Shown in pieces: positions 39,557-51,404 of a stretch of DNA of 64,000 bases. A model generated the notes under the pieces. The model did not search any database. It was given only the letters and a program-made list of their open reading frames with translations, and was not told the origin of the DNA. Origin of the DNA: Dimorphilus gyrociliatus. Lineage: Eukaryota; Animalia; Annelida. The DNA lies in NCBI GenBank assembly GCA_904063045.1, contig CAJFCJ010000002.1, positions 1,324,422-1,388,421 of the forward strand, in the 5' to 3' direction. Position numbers and translations under genes: made by a program. Position 1 is the stretch's first letter, and each line of letters opens with the position of its first letter.

Positions 39557-40657
39557 TTACTTTAGCAAAGGATTTGCTAAAGAGAGCGTAGGGAGAGAAT
39601 TTTACTATAAAAAACAAGACAAAAAGAGAGAGAAAGAGATAGAGAGAGAATTAATAGGAAAATAATAGTTATACTTACTAAACCGGTCTGAACGAGTTGA
39701 TTAACAACCCAAATAAAAAAAGAGAATAAAAAGGAAAAAGCGAACGAATTAAGGATAATTACATATGTCGCCCACTTTATTCTATACGCTTTTTTTTTTA
39801 TTCACTCATTTATTCATTCATTCAACAGTTTTAGTTATAAAGTTATCATTTTTTTATTATATATACCATTTATTAAATGATATACCACATCTACTATATC
39901 TATAATACTCCCTTTAATAATAACGTACAAAATTATAGACGTATTATCCCTTGATAGAATGATACATTGTTCTAATTTGCGAGTGCTAGATATTTTCAAA
40001 TGTTTGTGGTTTTGTTTGTCTTTATTAGGTACAATTAATTAAGGCCTAAACCTCGTAAATAATTAAAGAAAATTACCTATTTTTTCCCCTTTTTTTCCCC
40101 AATTTAGCAAAATAGTGTGATCAACTTAATTTAATATATATTAACTACAAAAAACATAACAATCAGTATGTATCATCTATATATTAGAGATAGAGTATAT
40201 ACATTATATTCAATATATTGAATGTGCATCCATTTAAATAAATACATGCACCACAAGTGTATTAAAAATATTATCAACAACGAAAGCAACGACAGATTTA
40301 TACAACGCGGACGGAGAATGTTAACTGCATAACTGGAGACAAATTAATATCACAGGATCACATCAAGGGTAAAATGATGAACATTGTAATAATAAAACAA
40401 TAGAAAATAAAGAAAGAAAGAAAGAAAGAAAGAAAATGAATGAAAATACTGATTCTTCTTAATTTTAAAATATCTATATATTTATCACTTGCAAAGTCAC
40501 CTTTTCATTTTGCACTCTTTTTCATACGCACAAACTAACTTATACAGAGAGAGAAACTATTACTATTTTACTTCTTTTCTACTCTCTGTCTCTTTGTCTC
40601 TCACGCGCTCTCTCTCTTTGATTACTCCTTTGAGTTATCTTTTATTTTTATCTTTTT

Positions 40658-43600
40658 CTACAAAATTGTACAGACAGTGCACCGCGGAATATGAACTTGT
40701 TCAACTTGTCTTCTATTGCCAACTTCTGAACTGTTTCTAAACTCTTCGGCATTATATAGGTTTACCCTCCTGGACGGACGGCGATATTCTTGAATGAGAA
40801 CTTTCGAATGAGGTACATCAATGTCTTGATCCTCTTCCATTGGTGGTGGAGAACGTATATGTGATGGTAGAGCGTGTCTGGAAATTCTTTGAACAATTTC
40901 TCGATATTTTTCCTCTAAATCAGCGTGAACTCCGCATCCACCGTGTCCTCCTATTCCCTCAAGGTCTATATATACTAGTTGAGCTAGGAGTAGAGCCATC
41001 GAGCCTGGCGGTGGCCAAGGTACTGAACGAATTAAGACAGGTACGATAGGTTTTCGAAGGAGATCGGCCAAATTTAATTCTCTTTGGCAATAGTGAGAAA
41101 CGATAAACCTTGGCGAAATGCAGGCAAGAACAACTTTGCAATTACGTATACCTCTATCAATTTTAGCGTATAATTGATCGCCTCCCCCCATCTGACCAAT
41201 ATCCATCCAGCAGGAAAAGCCACACTTTTCGAGACGATCCCTTATTGCTTTGACGTCGTCCTGGGATTCCCATTCATAACTTATGAACACTTGTGGTGAA
41301 GGACTATCATTTTCTATTAGTGAAGGGGAAGAAAAGACTCATAAATTAGGAATAAATGATTCTAATTGAAACGCATCATAGGGAGAAATCCCATATCGAT
41401 CAGCTTACCTTGTCCTTTATGAATGATATCTACAATATCATCTCTTTTCATTTGCTCTAAGCAAGATACGATCATGTCAACTGATAAAGCTGTATTTCCC
41501 GAACTTATTAACCAGTCTAATAGCAAAGCAAGGCCGGGGTTTAAGTCATCATTAAAACGATCCATTTTGGATCTTTTATATCCCAATCTCTTGCCGAGCG
41601 ACGACCAGTCTTGTCCTTCACCTCCTCCGTTTAATAATTTTGCAGCACTCTTTACCCATTGAGGAACTTCAGTGTTTTTAGCTTCACTATGCTTCTTTAA
41701 TAATTCATAATCTTGAGTTATAGACTTTGATAAAATTGGTCCCATACGCTCTTCAACAATAGCTGGAAACCACTTTCGAAATTGACCAGTCTTTATACGA
41801 CGATGTTCACACGATACAACTTTTGACGCTAGACATTCGTCTAAATCAAGGAAATGCATGCATTGTACCTGTTTACAACGCGAATCCCCATGATAATAGC
41901 ATGGTTTATCACACGGACATTGAACGACACATCTGTAACTTAATCTTCTTAACCAAGTACCTTTTATCTCGGACAATGTAGTTTCCAAGAAATTTCTTAC
42001 TTTTGCATTAGCCGTTGACTTTGGTTGTAAAATGGTCTTTTGTCTTTCGGCGCTCTCCTCTGCGTCCATTGTTCTAATAACAGCAATAGTAATTCTTGAA
42101 GGATTTTCACTGTTGGGCATTTCTAGGCAAAAATCATGTTCACTATCTAAGTATAATCTAGCTTGGCGACGAAAGAGTTTCGGTGAGTATGAGCTGGATG
42201 ATTGAGACCAACGAATTGATCTAACTAATATGCGATTAAAAACACTTTCCGGTAGAAATCCATTAAAGTCGTAATAAAACCGAACGTCATTGGTAGATAC
42301 TGGATTATATAATTTACTGTTACTCAATGGTAACTTACAAGGAACTATATACGATTTCCCTATTTTAACACTATCGCCGTTTAACTGTTTTTTTAATAAA
42401 ACACAGGAATTAATTAATAAAACTCATTATCAATTAAATCATATTATTTTAATTACCGATGCAGCCTTTGATGGAACACTTCTACAAATCAGATCAAATT
42501 TCTCTAATAAACCCAACAAAGCAGGTATTTGCTGGCTAACATCTTGCGCAACTTCACTTATTAGGCGTTCGTCTAAAACACCCTGATTTTCAAGTTTTGC
42601 AGCGTATTGTTCATTAGCATCTGACACGTAGGCGTTACAGTCGATCAAGCGTTCAAACATATCGATAAGCCATTGAGGTTGTAGAATTATAATAGAATTT
42701 AGAGTAGAATCTAGCGATGTCAGCGAACCGAAATACAAAATAGAGCCAACATCGTGTAAAAAATGTAGTAGAGTGTAAAGTTCTTCAACACTCTCGACGT
42801 CGTATTCGTTAGCCAACCGTTTCATTTGTTCAAACGTTATAAAATATATACCCTCCTCCACCTTTTCGTATAATTGACTTTCAATTTTTAACCAACGACT
42901 GGGCGTCTCTTCCCCCATATACTCTTCATTTAAAGCAACTTTCTCTATATGCTTTTTCAGGTTGCCGATCTGTTTTAAAAATAGTAATTATTGATCGCTA
43001 CTAGGGTAACGCCGACGTCATTTACCTCTTTGTCGTTTGCTAGATCGTTGTCGACGGCATAATATTTTGGCACAATGTGGTTGGCGTAATGTTTACTTTG
43101 AACCATTTCCTCAATTCTACCGAATTCCTCGTCGGCCTATAACGAAAGGTCAAATAAATAAGGACACAGTCGGTCGTAAATCTTCCGAGATTAAATACTA
43201 CGTAATGGAAAAAATAGTCCTTCAGTTTATGCATTCTTACGAAAAGGAAAGCCTATATAAACCTAGCTTATCAATCGATAAGAATCGATCTACTTAAAAA
43301 CAAGAGGGAATGAGGGAAAGATAGATAGAGAGAAGGAGGAAAAGAAAATATTTTTGATTTTTAAACTTACAAGTTTTATTCTTTTCGTTCCGTCATCGTC
43401 TAACTGATTCCTATGAGTTCCAACAATAAATACTGGAGGGGATAAAGATGAATCGCCTGTCTTTGAATTTTCCGCCGTGTACAAATGTATCATTCTTAGC
43501 CAGTAATCAACGGAAGCCTGTTCACAAAAAAAAAGAAAAAAATCAATCATTCAGGGTTTTTTTTTTTAATTCAACATTTCGATTCTTTCTGTTCTTCAAT

Positions 43601-45054
43601 AAGTAATAGAAAATCTTTTTCCCACTTACATTTACTTTCTGTCTATCCTTTTCATTATCGACTAGTTTGCAAACGACAATATACACTGCTCTCGGAGTAA
43701 GAAATATCTACAATTAACACCATAAACACTTATTAGATCCAATACAAGAATTTGCTAATATTAATTTACTTGATGAGATGCGTAATACGTATTTCCTCCA
43801 GCAAAGTCCCATATGTTTAGAACTACGTCGTCCTCATCTACATCGTCGTTCTTCTCCTCCGTCCTACCACTTTCGGCCAATAAACGCTCTACCAAAGTGG
43901 CAACTCTCTCTGTTACATCCGTTAATAGTGCAGATGTTTCGACATCGTCCAAATAGGACGATTGAGTATTTTTTGTATCCTCTAAATGTTTATCTTGACC
44001 CTTATCCCTATTAGACTCACTGATTAACTGTTCATTTAGACGTCGTTTGAATATTAGTTCTTGGACGATATTCGAAGCAATAGCATAATTATACTCCTCT
44101 TCTAATATTTCCGTCGGTGTTATTTTCCTGGGTGAAGGTGAGTGAGGTGACTGAAGCCAAGGTTTGCCTTTCGATATGGCCAGTTTCCAAGAAGAACCCT
44201 CCCGTAGCGAAAAGGAGCATGATGCCGACAAATCGATTCCATGCGTTCTTTCTTCTCTTGAGCTATGCCTATTGTAATGAAAAGAGAGAAGAAAATTACA
44301 TGCATATATGTATATAGAATATTTTCAAGTTGCCCTGGTAACATTTTTTTTTCTTACAAGCTGTCTGTGTATATTATTAACGTATTTTTTTACTGAATAC
44401 TTACTTTATACCAAGTAAGGAATTCTTTAAACTCGTCTTTCCTACTCCCTCACCTCCCACTATCATTAATCTCGTCCTATACACCGCTTCGGTGCCATCT
44501 TCGCAAGCAGAATGAAATTGTTGAATTGCGTCTGGTCCCCTAGCCACTATTTCTGCAGGTGCCTCCTCTCCACTTTGAAATTCCAAACCAATAACATCAC
44601 CAAATAATTCAAATATCATCCACATAGATCTGCTACTTGGTAGCTTAGCCAAAAGAGAACCTTTGTGTAGTCCACCGACCATATAATGTAGAACTCCCCT
44701 AGAATTTACATAAAATGTTACTGTGTCGAACGTTCTTGTATTTGTTGGCGGTAAGGCTTTCATCCAAAAACCTTCTTTGTTCGATAAATTAGGACACGAA
44801 AACTTTGGTAGATTTTCAGCTCGAAGAGTTTTCGGATCATGAATAGTTAATCCAACACGAAGAGTTCCAACAGATTTTAAGTTCGTTCTTATTAATCTTA
44901 ATCGAATCCTTTGACCAATATTTATTGGATGTGACGTAAAAACTATACCGTGACCCAATTGATTAATATCTCTCTCAACGATCGAATAATTCTGCTTTGA
45001 ATAGACGGCCGACGAATGTACATGATGAAAACGCATGCCGGCCGTCAACTTCAT
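40658..45054 (-). CDS. ROCO-family protein: Neuralized (NHR) - Roc GTPase - COR - Death domain - TIR - CaaX
   Basis: Exons: 45054-44405, 44268-43770, a short exon near 43710-43635, ~43518-43372, ~43136-43027, ~42972-42462, ~42380-41409 and 41313-40658. Motifs: NHR (FHHVH, GIVFTSHPI, LRVGLTIHDP, FWMKALP), P-loop GGEGVGKTS, THGID, WDFAG, GTHRN, COR (PSRWLKIE, LHFLHDVGSILYF, LQPQWLI, YIVPCKL), Death (DWSSLGKRLG...LLLDW...DIVDII), TIR (VFISY, WMDI, YCQREL..A), terminal CTIL. Confidence 0.88.
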
Positions 45055-46250
45055 ATTCTTTGGTGATTATTTCAACTATATCTACTTTCAAGGTAAAATC
45101 AACATTCTTCTTAACCTCACTCTCTCATTCGCATTAACCGCTACACCATTTCATTTATCGATCAGTTTACGACTAGCGACACCTGCGGTAGAGACGCAGT
45201 ACACTGCAACAATTAGGCCTATAAGTACCTTATTTCTTTCAAAAGTTTATTTAATATATATATATAGATATAGATATATATATACTGTATAAATTGTGTG
45301 AATGTGTGTGTGTGTACGTGTGCGTGTGAATATGCGGGTATTCAACTGGTGTTAATAATTTATCTTAAGGCTGTTGTTGTTGTTATTGTTATTGTCATTG
45401 TTTAAGAATTTATACTATTAAAAAATAAACAATAAGGTAAAGCATATTTTATTAATTATTGTATTTATCATTTTATTAATGTTATCAGGAAAAAAAGAGT
45501 GATAAACAACTTGTTGTAAATATTTGTAGGGATAATAAAAAGAGCGAAATTTTACATAAACAAACACAATTATCTTTTAATAATTTTATGTATAGGACTT
45601 CAAAGGAAGCTTATGCTAAATGTAATGAAGAAAGGGCGAGAGCGAAGTGTGTGGGGAGGAGGATGATGAGGAGAATGAGGACAGAGTGAAGGGGAAAGGG
45701 AATAGGAAGAGAGAGAGAGAGAGAATAAGTAATATTGAATAAATCAACATTATTGAAGTTAAATAGTTTATAAATATTAAAATATAAAAAATTGTATAAT
45801 CTTTTAGGATTATAAAAATTAGAATGTGAAATTTAATCAATAGTTTACAACCTAATTACGTGTCATGTTCCTTAAATTTTAATTAAAAATATCGATCTTT
45901 CATTCTATCCTACATTCAGATCTTGAATTAAAAGCTCTAATAAATATCTCTATATATTATTATTATTGTATAAATAGTATACGTTATTACATACTGTATA
46001 TTTATATAGAATGTTATCGCCCATAATAAAAATGTATAATTGATAAAGACTTCTCTCACTGCTTACGCATTTTCAAATTTCTATATAAATATTCAAATGT
46101 TTCTTTTATATCTCTTTTTCATATTTTGAATTATTAATGTAAAGAATGAGTTGTTAGAATTTTAATAATACTTGGCATAAATAGATTAATTTCTTCATTC
46201 AATTCAAGATATCTATCTATATACATATATATAATAATATTATTTTCTTA

Positions 46251-47026
46251 ATGGGACATTTTCAAAGATTTATATATCGTTATTTAAAGAAAGGTGATTT
46301 ATACGCCTTCTTCGTATTATGATTAATATAACTGTAAAACAAAATATAACAGTACTAACAACTGAAGAATATGAAACGTGAGTTTTTAAATTGACGTACT
46401 ATTTGATATTTTCTCCATTCTTTAATTGTCAAGAAAGAGAAAGAATCATACTTATTAGGCACGTGAAATGAAATTTTTTTTTCTTTTTTCTAGTTATTGA
46501 CTTTTCTAAGAAATTAAAAAAAAACCTCTTAATAACTTCCTTGTATATACTACGCTTCTTTGAAATGACAAATGACACAAATCTTAATACGTTATAATCG
46601 TCTATTAATCATTAGTTAGCAAAAATTTTTTCCTTTTTTAATTTTAGGAACGTTTTAGAGCCTACAAAGCTTCTAATAATAGTCATCGTCGTTCTTGGAT
46701 CGATATTTATGGTCTTGTGCATTTGCTTTATATGGAAATTAGACGCCTGCTGTCACCTTTATGAAAAAGACTGCGGTAGAGGATTTTTTCAAACACGTCA
46801 TCATTTTCCTACACACAAGTCTGGACATCAGTCTCGCTTCATCTCTGATTCGAACTTTGATACTATTAACAATGGAAAACAAGTTACAGTTTTTGAGGAA
46901 AACTGGCAAACCAATCAATTTATAGAACCATCGAAACGTCAAATAAAACGTCAGAAATCCGATGAAAGAACAATTAGCAGTCGCGAACCTTCGTGGCCTA
47001 CTGTTGTTGTTGTGAAACTAAAATAA
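46251..47026 (+). CDS. Small single-pass membrane protein (~148 aa), unknown family
   Basis: Phase-consistent exons 46251-46293, 46353-46377 and 46648-47026 give MGHFQRFIYRYLKKVLTTEEYETNVLEPTK-LLIIVIVVLGSIFMVLCICFIW-KLDACCHL... The terminal exon with the TM helix is the best supported. Confidence 0.55.
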
Positions 47027-47287
47027 ATCATCACCTTCCGGATATTATTTAAATGATTTAATTGCTTTTATTTATTTCTTCGATTTGAAGATTGTTTTTT
47101 TTGTTTTTGTTTATCAATAATCTTTCATTTTGTAAATAACGAGAATTTTTTAAATCGTTTGAAGATTGTGTTGTTTAAATAATTATCTTGCTATCTGCAT
47201 ATCTATATTCCAATTACCATGGCAGCTTAATGATTATTTGGAAATATTCGAAACTATTCTAGAACATTTAAGAATAAGCAACATAAA

Positions 47288-50200
47288 TTACAAAAATGGA
47301 TTGAGCGAAGTTTTTGAGCACTGAATATGCGATATCGCACCATTCGGAAAACGAACGCAGGTTGGCTCATCAAATATCCTGTTGCAGACGTCGCAAACTC
47401 TGAAAAACGAAATAAAAAAGGCAAATTAGAAATGTTAAACAAACTTAAAAAAAAAACAAATATGCATATGCATGAATAATCTTTTTGGTTGTTTTTTTTT
47501 TTACTTCAACTAACTGATTATCTGATATAGTGATTGAAGTTTGTTGTTCGTGGAAAACTCTTGATTTTACTTGTAGATGTTGCCTCCTAGCCAACATTCT
47601 ATGAATTCTGGACGTTCTACTCCCATGCAAATGTCGCCTTATAGAACTCGACAAAAAGGATGATATAAGACCTATAGACAAATTTTCCGGTAATTGTTGT
47701 AAAACTCGAACAGGATCAAACTCTGCAGGATGCTTGTTAAGTAACGATATTGTCGGTCCAATTAAATTATCAATTTTCCTATGGAAAAATATATATTTCT
47801 GTACAGTTTCTTGAATGGAAAATCAAAGCGCTTACTCATATTTAGCATCTAAATATACTTGGAGTAGTGAATGAAAGAGATAACGTCTAGATTCAATATC
47901 TCGACCTTTTGCATACATTTCACAATATTCTTCAGCAGCTACAAAATCTCTCTGCTTGTGAACTAGTAGCTTTAAAGCTCTTTCGTGCTCCTCTAGCTGT
48001 TTGTTAATGTAAGAAAAAAGGGTAACAGTTTTTTAATTTCTCTAAAAGAAAATAGATATTTTACCTTTCCATATAAAATTGCCATTTCAGTATACATATC
48101 GGTATTTTTTAATTTTCCAAGGATTAAATGAACACGAAAGAGACTGGATTCTCGTAATATTCTTTGAAAATCTTTTCTATTTTTAAATATATGTATATAA
48201 TATTGTTCAAGAATAATTTTTATTTTATAATATTTACCTAGCGCTTACTAATTCTGTATTTGTTGATAATTTATAAGTTGATGTCTCGGTCGAGTCACCT
48301 CTGATCTTCAAAACTCTCTCGAGATATAAAGCCGCTAAATGGGTATGATACCTCTCTTCCTAAGTACATAAAAAGGATTTAAGAGAGATTAATTTTTACA
48401 ATTTCAAAAGAGGTAAATCCTACTTTCGTTTCTTGCTTAAATACTAAATGCTCTAAATATGTGGTAACAGCTCGATTATACGGTAGAAGGAGATCAATTA
48501 TAGAATCTGCCAAAAATAAATCAGATTGTGGATACTTTTCTTGTCGTTGAATGATAATCTAAAAATTTTATGCAAATTATTTGATTATGTTATATAACAA
48601 TTGATCTCTTTAAACTACTTTAACAGCCGAAATTGGATCTTTCTTCAAAGCCCATTCAAGGTAACTCCATACTAGTTCGTCTCCTTCAATCCTGAATAGG
48701 GAGGAAATGATAATATTAAATGAGAAGTGAAAGAAAATAAAACAAACTTTAATAAACAGTCTAAAACATATTCAATACCAGGAAACATTTCGTCTTCTAA
48801 TTCTCCATCCGCTATTCTGCGAAGGTTAAATGAAATGCGAAATTATATAAGAGGATAAATACTAAAGAAGAACATTAAAAGTAAATTACTTTGTCCAAAT
48901 ATCAAGGGCACTTGTCCAATTATTTTTTATACCGTATAAAAGTCCTAATGCGTAGTGTCTATTCCTATTCCTCAGCCAATCTATGCACTCATCGTGAAGC
49001 TGACGATTAGAGTTATCTAAAAATTTTATTAATTCTTCATAATTATTCTTTGCGTAGACTTTCAAAAGAGCAGTATCAGATTCCTATACAAAAGAAAGGT
49101 TATATTCAATTCAAGTACAAATTGTTAATTAATTATTTAACTAAATTAATATACCATTTTATATTGTTTATTAGAATCGTTCAATTCCATTGCGGTTAAT
49201 ATTTTACATAGAAATTCCTCATATAAGGAAATTTTTTCTGCATCTCCTTTACATAGTTGTAAAATGTCGGCAATTTCGTGAAGAGGTGGAATTGAACGAG
49301 AAAATTCATTGTCGGACGGTAAAAGATTTGGAAAAAGTATAATAAGCTATAGGTGAATAGTAAATAAAAATACAATTAAAGCATATGGTTCAATTTCACT
49401 AGTCTACCTCGCGACAATCCAATTTCGATTTCAAAAAGTATTTTGTTGAGTTTTCAAAATTCATGTTCGCAAATTCAATAAAACCAGCCATCAAAAGTAC
49501 TTTTTTCATTAACTGTAAGTATGGATAGTTTTAAGTTATTTTAACATCTCAATTTCATCTACGGCGACTGAGTAGTAAAATTCTTACTTTATGATATTTT
49601 TCCCCTGGTAATTGAACTTTTCCCATTACGCTCGTCAACTCCAAAGCTTCTTCTACTCTTCGATCACTTAACAGATCTTGGACCTTTAAACATTAAGGTT
49701 TTATTATCATTTATTAAACATATTATTTGTTTTTTTTTCTCATATATGCTAACCTGAGTCTCTAATGAAATAGGAACTAGAGCGAAAATTTGATAGTGGG
49801 TTGAAACCAAAATTTTGTCACCAAATTCTGCTATAAATTGACCTCCTTGAAAGGGTATACTCTGTTTTTGTTGTTGATCTAGAATACTAATTGTTAGGGA
49901 AAAAAGAAATAATGAATCTCATAATAGTGCTACTCAAAAGAAATATATTAACCTATGAATAGTAATAAATTCATCATTTAGAGCAAGAACGTATGGATAA
50001 GAACATACTACTGAAATAAGCGATTCACTCCACTGAAGAGGAGGTCTTTGTGACATTCCAGCCGTTGTAACAAACACTCCCAAGGCATTTGGACCATTTA
50101 TAAGGTATTCGTTCTAAAAGAAAGTCGCTTCGTTAAATATCAGCAATCGTATTTGTTTTAATAAGTTACATTTTTTATTAAAGTGATTAGCGGGTTTGTT

Positions 50201-51107
50201 CTTTCGTTTTGATAGGGGAATAAGTCTTGAACGGTAGAAGTTTCAGTGTTCATCATTATATACTGATCTTGAAGAGCAGCGCATATGTAGCTTGCATTCA
50301 TCGACTGAAAAATCATTGAATTCTACTTTTTTTATAATTCTCAATATTACATCCTATACTTACAATATACACAGAAGGCTGTTGTGTTGTAATTTCTTTT
50401 GTAACAAACACCCTATCTTCAGTTAGAGTATACACTTGTACCACTCTTTTCTTAAGTGCAATACATAGCTGTCAATGGATAGTTATTATACTTAAAGATT
50501 TAGAGTTAGATGAAAAATATACCTCGATACTGAAAGGATTCTTTCTAACGGGATTTGGATTTATACAAAAGCTGACAACACTCTTTATTTTACCCATTCC
50601 AACAACGGGTTCTAGAGGAAGCATATTCAACATCAACAAAGATTCATCACATAATACAAGTAATCTCTTCAGAGCCTTTGCTACATTCAGCTTTTCTATT
50701 GGCTTTTTCTGAAAGCAATTAACTATAATTAATAATTCCCCCTAAATTATTGATTATTACCAGGCCCAAGTATTTGTGTTCATGGCGTTCACTTTTAAAA
50801 GAGAGCCGGTTGTTTCTTCCTTTCACTTCTTCCAATAGATAATGTATAACATAGCTGTTTTAGATAAATCATTTAAAATAAGTCCTGAAATACATTATAT
50901 TTTTGTATTTACCAATCGTTAGTTCCTATAAATAAATTTTTATCACTGCATTCAATACATTCGATCTGCAATATTTTACGGATATAAGAATGCAAACGAA
51001 ATCATAAACAAATGGCATATATTGATGCAAACCTTGGATTTTGCTTTGTCAGATGCCGAGTTGAGTTTCTCTAGAGCAGGGTATATGTCATAAACTTTTA
51101 AACTCAT
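47288..51107 (-). CDS. TGFBRAP1: TGF-beta receptor-associated protein 1 (Vps3-like CORVET subunit; CNH, CHCR and Vps39_2/zinc-finger regions)
   Basis: The N-terminus MSLKVYDIYPALEK...K|IECIECSDKNLFIGTNDC and C-terminus VCDVCNRIFDEPTCVRFPNGAISHIQC match TGFBRAP1 (IECVECCGRDLYVGTNDC; CQICQNPFCEPVFVRYPNGGLVHTHC). Many short exons, too small for the ORF track. Confidence 0.88.
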
Positions 51108-51404
51108 CCTCTGGCTCTTTAACCCAGGATAATTTGTTATTTCTCTAAACTTGAGAAGTGGGCTGCTCTATTGTGAAAACTGGTAAATACAAGAGTATTT
51201 TTCAATATTTTGCTAATAATAGGCTTACGACATTCTACACATGTCAAACTTGTAATTAACTTTTTTATCTAAATGAAAAGCCAATCTACTGCAATTCAAA
51301 GAGGATAAATAAATAAAAATCAAGTATTATTTGTTAGTTAATCAAGCTATTAGGATAAATTTGGTAAATTTTGAAGAGAGTATATAGAAGAGAACGATAA
51401 TAAA

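Noticed and set aside
40308-40325. GGACGGAGAA resembling the 5' end of miR-184
   Set aside because: The match stops after ~10 nt and there is no flanking hairpin.
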